Shown one piece after another: positions 46,144 through 59,812 of a stretch of DNA of 64,000 bases (within the stretch, counting starts at the first letter, position 1; every line of letters begins with the position of its first letter). The notes below the pieces were generated by a model. That model searched no databases and had not been told where the DNA came from. It saw only the letters and a program-made list of their open reading frames with translations. The stretch is from contig OZ218961.1 in NCBI GenBank assembly GCA_965112735.1, positions 1 through 64,000 of the forward strand. The letters are read 5' to 3'. The translations under genes were made by a program, and so were the position numbers. The DNA comes from Phaeosaccion multiseriatum (lineage: Eukaryota; Protista; Ochrophyta, other classes).

Positions 46144-47541
46144 CACAAACACATTTTGGCTTGTGGAACCACCACGCCAAGCTGTAGGAGAGAGATACAC
46201 CCCGTAGACCAGGCCATTGCAGACAGACAGGCATGAACAACTTTCTCAAGTCGAACCTTCACCTTCCATCACAGAAGCGTTTTGCCAGGAAGAGCGCTTG
46301 CCTTCACCGCCAACAGGAGCAGCAGCGGTTGGTGATACAGCAGCAGCGGTTGGTGATACAATACAAGAGTCATTGGCGAGGCCAAGCCCACTCCGATGCC
46401 CACTCCGATGATGCCCACTCTCTAACACTCCGATGATGCCCACTCACCCCATATGCGGCCCGGCCAAGTGGATGGCAATGGATGGCAATGGATCGGCCGC
46501 GCACTCACCGATGACGAGAGAGCGGAGTTGAACCTTTCCCTTGAGTGGAGGCGTGACGTGGCCACTCTGATCTTGATACCTCTGACTGACAGTGACTGAC
46601 AGTTACTGACAGCTACAGAAGTGAGTGGATGGCGCTTCACAGGCGCTGACGCGAGTCGGTAAGGACTGGTTATGGCGCTCGCAAAGCTCCTCGCTGAAGC
46701 CTCCAATGTAGAGGGCGAGAGGGAGAGGAAGGACAGAGGCGAGAGGGAGCCTTCGCCGATATTCTTCTCTTGTGCTGCCCACCCGACCGTAGCCCGCGGG
46801 GTGAAGCTTGAGCCGAAGTCAGTGAAGCTTAGCTCAAAGTGAGGGCAGCGCAAAGGGAACAGGAACACCTCACATTTCTCACGTTCTTTCGCGAAGGCTC
46901 TCTCTCGCCTCTCTCCTCTCTCTCTCCTCTCTCCCCTCTCTCTCTCTCTCTCTCGCCTCTCTCTCTCTCCTCTCTCTCGCCTCTCTCTCTCGCCTCTCTC
47001 TCTCCTCTTCCCTCTCCTCTCTCGCGCGCCTCTCTCCCCTCTCTTTCTCGCCTCTCTCCTGCCCATCTCGAAGCTCTCTCCTTCATTGACGACGGCCTTA
47101 GGCCGCAGCTCAGCAGGTACAGTACAGGGTGTCAGGTTGAGGCTCGTGAGGCCTTAGGCCGCAGCTCAGCAGCACAGGGTGTCAGCGCATGTACCGGACT
47201 CTGTGTCCACATGTTTGGGTGTGCGCGTGTGTACCCAGCCCAGGGATGTGGGTGCGTGCGTGTGTGCCTCAGAGGGGCGGGCCAGGGCCTTGCTTGGTGT
47301 ACTTTGCCGTGCTCTGTGCTTTGCTCTGTGCTTTGCTCTGTGCTTTGCTCTGTGCTTTGCTCTGTGCTTTGCTCTGTGCTTTGCTCTGTGCTTTGCCCTG
47401 TGCTTAGCGCGCCTTGGGCCAGGCAGACCCCCCCCCACGTGCGTACAGTTACAGCTGCTCGCCCCTCTGCTCTTCTCTGTACGTCGATATGACCCTGCCA
47501 CACCGAGCCTTACCATGTGTTCCCTCCTCGCCTCTCCTCTC

Positions 47542-49290
47542 TCACCCCTCCTTCGCCGCTGCTGTTACTGCCCCTGTCCCTTCCCCTGCTCCAAGCAGTG
47601 CCTCTCCTTCGGCCCCCTTCACACCCTCCACACCCTCCACACCCTCCACACTCCCGCGGCTGCGGCTGGGGCTGGGGCTGGGGCTGGGGCTTCCTCCCCT
47701 TCCTCTTGCCCGCCCCCTCCCTCTCCCCCTCCTCCTCCCCCTTCCTCCCTCCTCCTCAAACAAGGGCACCATGAAAGGCTCCGGCGAGGAGGGCATGTCA
47801 GTCTGTGCACTGTACAGCCCAGCCCCAGGCAATTCCAAGCCCACCGGGGCAGCCACCGCGCGCTCCCCCCTGCCCTCCCTTCCCTCCCCTCCCTCCTGCC
47901 TGCTGCTGCTGCTGCTGCGGCTCAGCTGGATCCTCCACTCTGGCGCAAACTGCGAACTGAAGTCCTTGCGGGCCATGAGGTGCACCTGAAAAAGATGGAC
48001 AGAGGGAGGCAGAGAGACAAAAGAAAGAGCAGACAAACAAAGGCAGAGAGACAAACAAAGAGAAGAAAGAGAAAAAGGCAGAGCAGACAGAGACAGAGAG
48101 ACAAACAAAGAGCGGAGAGAAAACAGAGGAGAGAGCAACAGGGAGAAGTTCAGCGAGGTAAGAGAAAGGGAGCAATACGAAGGGGGGGGGGAAGAGAAAG
48201 ATCAGAGAGAAGAGAGCAAACTGCCCCCCGCCCCGCCCCTCGCCCCCACGCACGCACGCACCCACGCACCTCTTCCACTGCGAAAGATACGTCCTCCCAC
48301 CACTCCTCTAACTTTGCCTGTGCTTCTTCGGCCTCGCGTACGGACGAGAAGTGCGCCACCGTCATGTGTGGTGTGAAGCCCTCTTCAGAGCCTGACAAGG
48401 AGAGAGAGAGAGAGTGGGGGGGGGGGGGAGAGGGAGAGGTAGAGAGAGAGCCGGGGGGGGGGGAGGGGAGTTGAGAGAGAGCGAGAGAGCCACAGAGAGA
48501 AGAAAGGGGAATGAGAGAGAGAGGGAGAGAGGGCCTGCTTGGCCTGCTTTGTACGCGGTCATCACGAAGCAAGGCTTGAAGTGGAGGCTTACAGGCACAA
48601 CCACCCCCCTTGCCTGCTCTGCTTTGGTCGTCATAAGAGGGGAGCGCCGCTTGAAGCTGGCTCTGCAAGTCGTGAAGCAGTCGAGGCGACTCGGCAGTTG
48701 GTAATACGGCCGTGCTGCTGCTGCTGCTGCTGCTGCTGCCCTCCAGTCCCACTTGGGGGTCCAGCCAGAGCGTGGCCGAGTGCTTTCTACCGAAGATCTT
48801 GAAGCGCGACAGCGTGACCTGCGAGAAAGTATTCATTGGCGTGGCGTGGGAAAAAATAAATGAGTACCTGCGAGAGAGTACGGGCAGGGACGGAGAAGCG
48901 CACGCGCGCACCCACCGTAAAGGGTGCCAATGTGACGCCTTCTGCGAGGAGAGGGGCCGCCCTGTCCATATGCTTAGGGCCTTGAGGCGCGAAGGGATAC
49001 AGAAGGTTTACGTGGGGAGGCCATCTGAAGAGACCCTTGTCTTGCAACTGCCATCGCGCCTTCTGCACGGCTTTCCACGCTTCTCCTCCTGGGGGTGGGA
49101 TAAGGGCCACCGTTGAGGCGTGCGTCTTGGCTTTGGGTAGCGGGGGAGGGGAAGAAGAAGCTGAAGAAGGGGATGACATTCTCAAAGAGGTGGCGCGGTT
49201 GAAGCTACCGCTCGTGGAGATGTTGGTGGTGGCACGGCCACTCCACGCGGCTAGCCCACAGAAAGCTGCTTTGGTGGAGAGAAAGAACAT
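47542..49290 (-). CDS. 2H phosphoesterase / 2'-5' RNA ligase-like protein (LENG9-like), probably organelle-targeted
   Basis: Exons ~49290-48916, 48818-48614, 48391-48270, 47985-47542. Two catalytic His motifs, 'RWPPHVNLLYPF' and 'FTPHMTVAHF'; Ser/Thr/Arg-rich N-terminus. Confidence 0.75.
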
Positions 49291-50187
49291 TAGGAGAAGG
49301 AGAGAAGGGAAAGAGAAGGAGAAGGAAAGAGAAGACAAGAGGAAGAAAAAGGATGTTGGAAGTTTGGTTCAACGCACTCAAATCACAATTGGCGGCTCTA
49401 TATGCAGGAGGGGAAAAGGGGAAAACATGCCGGTTCCACCAGGACGCCGGGAAACGTGTCAGGGGCCGAAACAAAACGGGAGAGTGAAAGCTACAGGAGC
49501 ATGTGTTACAGAATATATTGATGGCAATTGATAACTGTTGGCATGGCTTAGAATGCCCCAATATTTTTGGGAGCCCAGGGGCCCAAGCTGGCCTACCTCC
49601 ATACCCCTGTGCCTGTGCCTGAGCGTCTGCGCCCCTCCCTCTATGCCGTAGCCCGCTGCCTGGCCCTTCCTGTCTCCTCCCCCCCCCCCCCTCGCTTCCT
49701 CCCTCTCTTTCCCCTCCCCCTCCCTCCGTCTCGGCTGCGGCTCTACGTTCGCCTCACACACCGCATGAGCCGAAGCTCAAACTCAGCTCCATAACGTCCG
49801 TTACGTCAAATGAATGGCAAAATCGCTACCAACCTCCTTTCGGCCCTCCGTCCTCCGCCCACATTCTTCACACGCCAAGCGCTAGGCCAAGTAGCGGCAG
49901 CAGCAGGAGCAGCAACAGCTGCAGCTTACCCTCTCCCATCTCCAATCGTCAGGCCCCGCTCTCGCTCTCTTGCCTCACTCCTCCCTCGCTCCTCCCTCCA
50001 CTCCTCCCCCGGTGGGTCGGGTGGGGTAGGGCTTGCTCACCCCTCTCACTGCTGCATCACCAACTACTGCATCACCGGAAGCACACAGCCTTGCTGTAGT
50101 ACCAACTGCTGCACTGTCTGTTGGTGCCCTGCATGTATCACCAACGGATACACTACCCAAAGCTCTGCTGTATCACCAACGGATACA

Positions 50188-51305
50188 CTACCCAAAGCAC
50201 TGCCTGTTGATGTGCTGCATGAACTCCGCGTAGTTCATGCTGCCCCCCGGGAAGGAGGCCCTGTCCTCAACAAGGTGCCAGAAGAAGCGGTACTCGGCCT
50301 GGCCGTCCCCCTCCCCCATAACGTTGAGCGCCAAGTAGTGCGCCCTGTCGTCCCTCAAGGCTTGTGCGATGGCGTTGACACGCCGGCAGAGGTCCGCTCC
50401 CCTGCCGGTGCCGGTGGGTGGCAGCAGACGCAGCGTGAAGGTATCAACACCCACGATGCTTGGCACGCCGAACAGGGCCGTCTAAAGAGGAGGGGAGAGG
50501 GAGGAAGAGAGAGAGAGGTTACAGGCGTATATACATATGGGGAGGGGAGGGGTGGCAGCACAGTTGGAGATACAGCAGTTGGTGATACAGGAGTTGGTGA
50601 CACAGGGGCACGTGAGGTTTGCATGTGATCACCTTCCTCTTCGTAACATAACTACACACGCGTCACCTCCCTCGCTCCCTCTCTCGCTCTCTCTCTCTGC
50701 CTCCACACACGGGCGCCGCCCGCGTGACAATGCACTCCGATCTCCCTCCCTGTCCTGACACTCCGATCTCCCTCCCTGTCCTGACACTCCCTCCCTCCTT
50801 GTCCTGACACTCTGTATTTCTGTCCTGACACTCCCTCACTACTGTCTCATCCTCCGTCTCTGTCCTGACACTCACCACCAGCTCCTCGTCAGCGGCCTTG
50901 CCCACCCACACGTGCATGCCGAGTGCGTTCTCCAAAAGGAAGATGCCATCACTGCGCAGGCGCTCCGCAGACAGGTTCACAACTGGCGGCAGGAGGATGT
51001 TCAACTCCCCTGCAGTGGGGGTGTCTGCGTCGGGCTCGTCAGGACAGGGGGTGCCCGCGTCTGAGGCGAGGGAGCAAAAAGGGGGGAGAGAGGGAGGGAG
51101 GGAGGGAGGGAGGGAGGGAGGGACGGAGGGAGGGAGAGGAGAGGGGAGGGGGAGAGAGAGACAGTGAAAAGGAGAAGGGGGTTAGGAAGGAGGAGGAAGG
51201 CACATTGGGGATGGGGGGCGATGGGTCAGGAGAGGTCAGGAGAGGTCAGGAGAGGTCAGGAGAGGTCAGGAGAGGGGGTCGGCTCCGTACACCTCCATCG
51301 CCCAT

Positions 51306-51336
<31 letters not shown>

Positions 51337-54300
51337 GAGCAGCTCAGCTCCTCTACACCCCTCTACACCCCTCTATCCCCATCGCCACCCCCTCCCCCTC
51401 CCTCCCCCTCCCTCCCCCTCCCTCCCCCTCCCTAACCCACCCCACCCCTCCGGCCTCTGTCCCGCACCTGTCGGCATGTCGTGAATGCTGAACATGCGAG
51501 GGTAGATAAAGCACCGCGTCTCCGCCACGCTCATGTTGGCAAGCGCGCTCATGGTCGCAGAGCGTTCGTCAGAGCGCACCTCCGCCCCCCCCCTGAAGGC
51601 GACGCTCTTCTGCAGCGCCATGCAGTACAGGGGTAACAGCTGCACCGCCTCCGGCATGGGCTGCTGCTGCTTGCCCCCCTGCTGCTGCTGGAGGTTGGGA
51701 GCCCCGTAGGCCTGCTGTCCGTAGCCGCCCTTGGAGGCCCTCACCACCTGCTCAGTTCAATTCAGTTTAGAACAGTTCAGATCAGATCCTAGACCTTAAC
51801 CGAAGAGAAAAAAAAAGCACTTTCGACCGACATTCGACTCTCAATATCTTTCATCGTCCTTGTCACGCACCTCGACGCAGGCCTCCTGTATGCGAGCGCG
51901 TGCCTGATCGAGCCCCTGCTTGAGGGCCACTTCGAGGGCCTGTTTGGCGAGCATGTTGGACACTGCGTCGATGTTCACAGACTCGAATACGCGGGACATG
52001 ACCTGTGTACGCCATTTGGGGCAGCGGGCAGACAGAGAACAAGAATGTGAGACAATCAGACAATAGAGGCAGGGGGGTGGACAAGAGAGAAAGTAAAGTA
52101 TCCAGGCCAAAAAACGGGTGTCAGGATCCACCCCCCCTCCCTAAGCAAGGCCGTCTGAGGCCCTCCTCCTGACCTGCTGCACTGACTGACTGACTGAATG
52201 ACTGACTGACTGACTGACTGACTGACTGACTGACACCAGATACTGACACCAGGTACTGACTGACACCAGGCACTGACTGACACCAGGTACTGACTGACCT
52301 GCTGCACGGGCATGGCGAGGTTGTGTACTCGGATGCGCCTCTCTCCGTTGCTGTTGGTGTACAGCAGCGCCGCTTGCACGCTGATCACAGATGCCGATAA
52401 GATCTGATCGTCGTACCCGAACTCTACCGCGAAGGTGCTGGAGGGGGGGCAGTTGGTGACACAGGACATGTTGGGCAGGGGGCGGAGGGTTTCAGGGGAG
52501 GGGCAGGAGGTTTCAGTGGAGGGGCAGGAGGTTTGAGGGAGGGCCTTAGTTGGGGATAGGAAGGAAGACACGAGAGCGTCAAACTAACGAGCGGCGAACC
52601 TTCTTTTTCTTTCCCTCACTCCATATCCTGCCCTCTCTTGCTCTATCCCTCTCCCTCTGCCTGCCATCACCCCACCTACCCACTGACGTACCCAATCACC
52701 TACCCAATGACATACCCAATGCCCTACCCAATCACCTACCCAATGAAGTACCCAATGACGTACCCAATGACCTACCCAATGACGTACCCAATGACCTACC
52801 CAATGACGTACACCTACCTGTCTGGGGAGCAGTTGGGCAGGGCCAGCAGATCCGTGCCGCGGATGAAGTAGTTGCCGTACAGATTGGTGATACGCAGCCC
52901 GCGCTGTGATTCGTGTAAGGCAGAGAGAGGCAGTCACAGGGGGCAGAGGGGGTGTCAGCAGAGGAGAGGAATCAATTGTACATAAAGCCGAAGATCGATC
53001 AACAGTTGGTGATACAGCAGCAGCACAGGAGGTTTGGTCTGACCATTCCTTGCTCCGAGGGCTGGACACATGATTGACCTGTGACATTCATTCACTGACT
53101 TATGACTCACCGTGGCGCGCACTCGCATGACGGCCTCGAAGGCGGTGGGTCGAGTGAGCACGCGGCTCAGCTCCGCTCGGAACTTGTCTCCGTCCCTCTC
53201 GGTGTGGAAGGAGGGGTAGTAGGACAGCTGCCCCGCCGTGTACTTGGACAGGTTGGACAGAGTGGCCACGTCAGTGTATTGGGAAGAAAAGAGGAAAGTG
53301 TCCACGGCGATTTGCAGCTTGCTCAGCTCCACCGCCTGAGGGAGAGGGGAAAGGAACGGGAGAGAGGAGGAGAGAGGTGGGGAGGCAGAGAAGGGGGGGG
53401 GGAAGAGGGAGAGTGATGAAGGGGGGAAGAGGGAGAGGTGCACATGACCGTGAGGAAGATGAGGAGTGCGTTGCGTGGTGCCTTCAGTGTAAGCATCCCT
53501 TGGGTAGTGGGGCAGTGTTGTTCTCAGCAAAAGACTCGGTTTGAAGCACGGCGACGAGAGGTCGACTGATCATAGATAGAATAATGATTTTTTGAAGCAT
53601 CCTAGAACGACCCACAAACCAACCCCACAAACGCTCCCACCCACCATCCGCTGCCATCCCCCACCCACCTTAGTCTGGTACCACTGCTCCTCGGCCTTGA
53701 GCAGCGTGAACTCCTTGTCCGTGCCCAGTACCCTAAGGGGTGTCAGGACAGGGGCAAGGGCAAGTCAGGGGTGTCAGGACAGGGGCAAGTCAGGGGTATC
53801 AGGACAGGGGCAAGTCAGGGGTGTCAGGACAGGGGCAAGTCAGGGGCAAGTCAGGGGTGTCAGGACAGGGGCAAGTCAGGGGTGTCAGGACGTCAGGGTC
53901 TTCCCCCCTTTTCCTTGACTTACCTGGGGTTCTCTCTGTGCCTGAGCTTCGCGTCCCCCACGGCGGGCAGGGACGAGCACAGCACTACCATCTTGCCGCC
54001 TACCGAGCCCATCACCTGAGGATGGCAGTGGATGGCAGTGGATGGCAGTGGATGGGGGGGTGTAGAGAAGGCTCGGTCAGTATCTCTCAGGAAGTCTGCT
54101 GGAATCGGTCCTCATCTACGGTCTACAAAACTGAAACTGAAACTGATGCGAAAAGTACCGAAGCTGAAGGGTAGGCGTCTGAGCTACATACGTATGTATG
54201 CATCCGTACCGTACCGTACCTTGGCGGCGAGGGAGATGGCAGAGCCCACGCAGCAGTCCACAGAGCGGTTGGAGGCGAACATCTGGGGCATGTTCTCCAA

Positions 54301-56477
54301 TAGAGTCTCAACCACAGAGCGAGACTCAGAGAGGTTCACTAGCAGATCGTCCTAGGGGGGAGGGGAGGAATTCCAGGAAGGGGCGGGGGCGGAATGTTTG
54401 GAAGAGAGTGTGAGCCTTGTGTGGGCCTTGTGGGGGGCTTTGGGCCTCCCTAAGCTGCGCTTGTAAGCTTGCCTCCTCAACTGACCCACGCAGGGAGGAG
54501 ACGAGCTGTCTGTCTGGCAGGCCGTTTCGGCTTCAGCTCCAATTTGAGCTTTAGTTGGCTTCAGCTTCAATTTGAGCTTTAGTTACGGGGGGGGGCAAGC
54601 AAGCGCACCCCCATTGCTTGCGTCAGGGCCACTGTGAGTTTCAGCTTGCGCGACTCACCGGACAGGGTACGAAGGGGTCGCTGAGGTCGCTGACCACGAG
54701 CATCTGCGGCATGGACAGCGAGCTCTTGAGGTTGTAGAAGTGCACTGAGCTGTCGAAGGTGATAAAGCCCACCTGGGGGGGAGTTTGGGTGCAAGTTGGT
54801 CAGTACCCGATTCGTTAGTACGTAAGTGCGTTAGTATGAGAGGGCAGGGAGACGGGGAGAGAGAGGGAGAGGGAGAGGGGGGGGGGGTGAGAGAGAAACA
54901 AGAGAGGGAGAGGAGAGAGCCCGAATACCCACACCCCATTAAGTCAGTAAATAACCCCACAACCCATTAAGTCATATTACGTAATCCTCAGGTTGATTCC
55001 CATAAGTCGCAACCCTGCTCTACCTCTGTGCGCTCCCCTCCCGGCAGCTTATCGAGCGACTGCTTTATCGCCTCGACAGTGTCCTTTAACATCCCGCTGG
55101 CCACGGACGGGGCGCCCACGTCGATGACGAACATGTACACGGGGGGCTGGGGAGGGCGCACCTGTGGAAAGAGAGAGAGAGAGGGAGGGAGAGAGGGAGA
55201 GATGGAGACACAGAGGGAGGGAGGGGAGAGAGGGAGGGAGGGAGGGAGGGAGGGAGGGAGGGAGGGAGGGAGGGAGTGAGGGAGGGTGGGAGGAGACAGA
55301 GAGAGACAGGGTCAGAAAGGAAGAGGGAGAGAAGCCAATGACGAGGGGTGGAGGGGTTGACAGCAGTTTCAGTTTCAGGGCACAGCCCTTGGGTAGCAGC
55401 AGCAGGGTTAGGGTTGCGGATTCGCTGACTTACCATGTACTCAGCGGGGGCCACCATCTCCACAGAGCCGCAGCAGAGTTCAGGCCGCTCGTCCCGGTCC
55501 CTCCTGTGCAGTACACATTGTTACGTAAGCGTACGTAAGGTTAGCTGACTTAGGCAAGACAGGCGTTTTTTCTCACTCCTGAGGGAAGGTTATGCAAGGG
55601 TTTGATAAGGATATCTAACGTTAAGAACATACCTGCGGCCGTTGTCGAGGTGGCAGAAGTACGTGCTGGGGACGTCGTTGACCATTCCGCACACGTTACA
55701 GCGCCACTGTCGGCCGTTGTTGAGCCACGATACGAACGGGTTGATGTACGTGCGGCAGCGCTTGCAGCGGATGATGCCCTGGGGGGGGAGGGGGGGGAGA
55801 GAAGGGGTACGAAGGGGCCGTAGAGTAGCAGGGCGTCAGCGTCAGGCGCAAGTACAGAGAGAGGGAAAGAGAGAGAGAGAGAGAGGCAGAGAGCGAGAAA
55901 GAGAGAGCGGTAGAGCGGCAGAGCGGCAGAGCGGTAGAGCCAGCCGGACCCAACGCCTGACCCAAAGCAAGAAGCACTACATCCTCCCACCCCCTCCCAC
56001 CTGTGCCCCGAAGTTGACAACGTCAAGCCCTCCGTCCTCCGCGTCCATATCGTGCGCCATAGGAGCGATGACCACCCCCAGCGGGATCTTGCTTTGAGTG
56101 TGCAGGGAGGCAGAGTTGGGCATCTCCCCCACCGTCATCTGCATCACAGAGGAATCGCACTGCGTGTGCATGGGCATGCATGGGAGGTCAAGGTGAGAAT
56201 CGCCAGGGAGAACAGACAGAGCAGGCACTGATTGGCTGACACCAGCTGCTGACACCAGGCACTCACTCAGGTACTGACTGACCTGTATGGACATGTCGAC
56301 CTCGTTGATGCTCGGCAGGGGCGTTTGGTTGGACGCCGCCGCCTGCGGATTAGCGCCCACACCCCCCATAGACCTACTCGCGTCCACCTGCCCCGCCCCG
56401 GCCTACGAGCAGAGGAGGAGGGGCAGCAGATGGTAGCAGATGGCAGCAGACAGACAGACAGAAGACAGACAGTAGGC

Positions 56478-56510
<33 letters not shown>

Positions 56511-56554
56511 GTAGGCAGACAGTAGGCAGACAGGCAGACAGACAGATAGTCGGC

Positions 56555-56593
<39 letters not shown>

Positions 56594-56608
56594 AGGCAGA
56601 CAGTAGGC

Positions 56609-56665
<57 letters not shown>

Positions 56666-56709
56666 GTAGGCAGACAGTAGGCAGACAGGCAGACAGACAG
56701 ATAGTAGGC

Positions 56710-56748
<39 letters not shown>

Positions 56749-56763
56749 AGGCAGACAGTAGGC

Positions 56764-56827
<64 letters not shown>

Positions 56828-56836
56828 CCGACAGAC

Positions 56837-56887
<51 letters not shown>

Positions 56888-58885
56888 GCCGACAGTAGGC
56901 AGACAGCACATTGGAGGGTGAGGGTGGTAGGGGGGGGGGGAGGGAGTGGAGGGGAGTCATGGCGTGAAGGGGGGAGGGAGGGAGGGAGTGGATGACGGAT
57001 GAGGGGAACGAGTGAGTGAGTGGAGTGACGGAGAAGGGGAATGAGAGAGTGGAGTGAGATAGTGAGTGAGTAAGTGAGTGGAGTGAGTGGAGGGTTTGAG
57101 CGAGTGGAGTGAGCGAGTGAGCGAGAAGTGGAGTGGAGTGAAGGAATCCATCCCAGCACGGCCCGAGTGGTCTCTATGCAGCAGGTGGACACAGACACAG
57201 TCAGAGCCATAGCCACAGCAGTTGGTGATACAGCCACAGCCACAGCCACAGCCACAGCAGAGCACCACAAGAAACAGTGCACAACAGAGGATAACAGAGT
57301 ACAACCACACCAGCCTCTCAGCTCCGCCAATGGGCACAGCACTCACAGCCACAAAGACAGCACGGCCACAGCCACACAGCTAAACAGCCTCACAGCCACA
57401 CACCCACACAGCCACACGGCCACACAGCCACACAGCCACACTCACTCCACTCAGTGCACTCACCCCGTACGCCCCTGACTGCGGCTGCCCCTGTTGCCCC
57501 TGCCCCTGCTGCGGATACCCGGCCGGCCCCACTGCCTGCCCATATGCCTGCCCCTGCTGCTGCCCCTGGAACTGCTGCCCTCCTGGAGCTGGCGCCCCGC
57601 CCCCCATGCTCATTCCCTGAAACTGCTGAGCTAGTGGGGCACCCATTCCTCCGTCCCCCGGGGGGGCTCCACCCACTGGAGGTCCCTGAGCAGTGGGCGG
57701 CCCCTGCGGCTGCTGCGAGGGCGTGGGCACGGCCCCAGCGGTGGAGTAAAACTGCACGGCCTTCCCCCCGGGGCCCGACGGAGGCGGGGGGCGCCCTCCT
57801 CCTCCTCCTCCTCCTCCTCCTCCTGCACTACTCGAAGGCGAAGGGGGCAGGGTTCCCCCCCCTCCCATCATGCTGGGTGGTACCCCCCCGGGTGGTGCCC
57901 CCCCGGGTGGCCCCGTGCCCCCCGGGGGAGGGGGGCCTCCTCCTCCTCCTCCTCCTCCTCCGCTGCCTGCTCTCCCCATCATCGGCATTGGCGGCGCTCC
58001 TCCTCCCGCTGCCCCCCCGGTAGGTCCTCTCGGCTGCCCTACCATGGGGGTTCCTCCTCCTCCTGGTGCTGCTGTTGATGGCTTGCCTCCGAACGCCCCC
58101 CCTCCGTACGGTCCTCCCGTGGCGGGCGCGCCCCCCCTGGGCACCCCACCAAGGCTGGCGGGGGGTTGTTGCGGAGGCTGCGGGGGCTGCGCCTGACCAC
58201 CCTGACCACCCTGAGGAGCATGAGCAGGACCACCCTGAGGAGGTTGCCCCTGCCCCTGGCCATAGCCTCTGAACTGCGGCCCAGGCTGGGAGGCAGGAGC
58301 CCCGGGGACACCGTTGTAGCCGCCGCCGCCGCCCCCATTGGCGTACGGCTGTTGCTGTTGCTGTTGCGGCGGCTGCTGCGGTGGTTGTTGTTGCTGAGGG
58401 GTCCCGAAAGCGCCCCCGCCGGGTGGAGGGTTAGGAGCTGTGCGTGGAGGTTGAGGCTGAGGAACCGCAGGGATTCAGAGGAGAGAAGAGAGAGAGAGAA
58501 GAGGCATAGAGGAAAGACGGATGAGAGAGAGCGCAGCGAGGAAGGTAATAGAGGCATATGGACAGAGAGGGAAGAGCAGCAGCCGATACACACACCTATA
58601 CACACAGAGAGAGAGAGAGGGACAGCAGGACTCGCTTCCGGTGTTGTTCGTTTCGATGGGTACAGAAGAGAGCCCCAACCAGTAACACACGGCAGCACAG
58701 CACTTCCGAACAGCACAGAGCCTGTCCCGACAAAGGCGGTACCGCCAAGCAACGGTAACCTTCGGTGCGACAGCACAGACAGCACACATGCACACACTAC
58801 ACACGCACGCAAGCACGCAGACACGCACCGGATAAGCGCCCGCCGCATTATACCCCCCTGGCGGCGGCTGTTGTTGGTACGCCAT
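50188..58885 (-). CDS. SEC24: COPII coat subunit Sec24 (18 exons)
   Basis: Pro/Gly/Gln-rich N-terminus, zinc finger '[14 protein letters not shown]...C..C', trunk '[10 protein letters not shown]' and 'VGFITFD', '[10 protein letters not shown]', '[19 protein letters not shown]', 'QLLPLY' and a gelsolin-like C-terminus. Junctions are frame-consistent GT-AG. Confidence 0.93.
53407..53613 (-). repeat. Dispersed ~200-bp intronic element, copy B
   Basis: Matches 43745-43970; lies in Sec24 intron 53668-53336. Confidence 0.9.
56450..56905. repeat. Intronic (CAGA)n compound microsatellite
   Basis: CAGA units interspersed with GTAGG variants, in Sec24 intron 2. Confidence 0.9.
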
Positions 58886-59812
58886 AACGCCACTAAGCGG
58901 CACTAGAGGGGCTGTCTACTGTCCGGAGAACTACCTGCCTGCCGCACTAGAGCTGGCTGTGGCTCCCACTAGCACTGCTGTGGAGGCGCGGAGTGGCGAG
59001 GGGGGAGCAGGGGAGATGGAGGGTTGGTCAGATGCAGACGGAGACACACACACACAGAGAGAGAGAGAGAGCTGCACACGCAGGAAACCGTGGAGGGTAC
59101 AAGATCCTGTGCGCTCCCCACCACATGGCTTGGTTTGCACCTGCACACGCCAAGCGCCCTCCAGCTGCCTGCTGCCCTCTTCTTCTTACCCCGTGCGAGC
59201 CTTCTATGGGGCAGCCCAGCCCGTGCGCCTGTCTCCTACTGCTGTTGACGAGGCGCTACTCCGGACCCTCGTCCAGCTACTGCTGATCTGCTGCTGCTGC
59301 TGCTTGGGCTGCTGGGTTGCACAGAGGGAACAAGCAAGCGGGGCGGGGGGAGGAACGGTCAGGCACCGGTGACGCCCTGGTTGCTTGCCAGAAGAGGAAG
59401 CTTGGCCAAGCCCTGGCCACTCGCGACTCATGTTGAAGCTTGAGGCAAGGCATTGACTAGAAGCAGGCGGTAGAGAGGCCAAGGGCATGAGTAACAGGAA
59501 ATCATGGAGGAAAGAAGGAAGCCAGGTGGCGTTCTCTGCGCGACGCCCCACACCAAGCAATCGAGCTGCGCACTTCCTACGACCGCAGCAGCGCCTTCAC
59601 CCCTACGGCTCGGAAGTCCCTCCTGCCCCTCCTCCTTCCCCCTCTCCTTACCCACCTCTCTCACTTCCCACAATATGTTTCATCGCGCAGCTCAGCTCAC
59701 AGCCCAATCACAAGCCATTTTGAGTTTCAGCTTTCCCGACTGCTGGTTACAGAAATTCCTTCACTTGATAAATAATCGGATCTGCCCACCTCGAGGCAGT
59801 TCGCCTTACCAC

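Noticed and set aside
45550-47500. ORFs between asd and the 2H phosphoesterase gene
   Set aside because: Dominated by (CT)n, 12-bp and other short tandem repeats; no coding signature.
48810-48880. Micro-exon suggested by the duplicated acceptor TCTCGCAG|GT
   Set aside because: The upstream copy would shift the frame. The downstream acceptor (48819) alone gives a continuous 2H domain.
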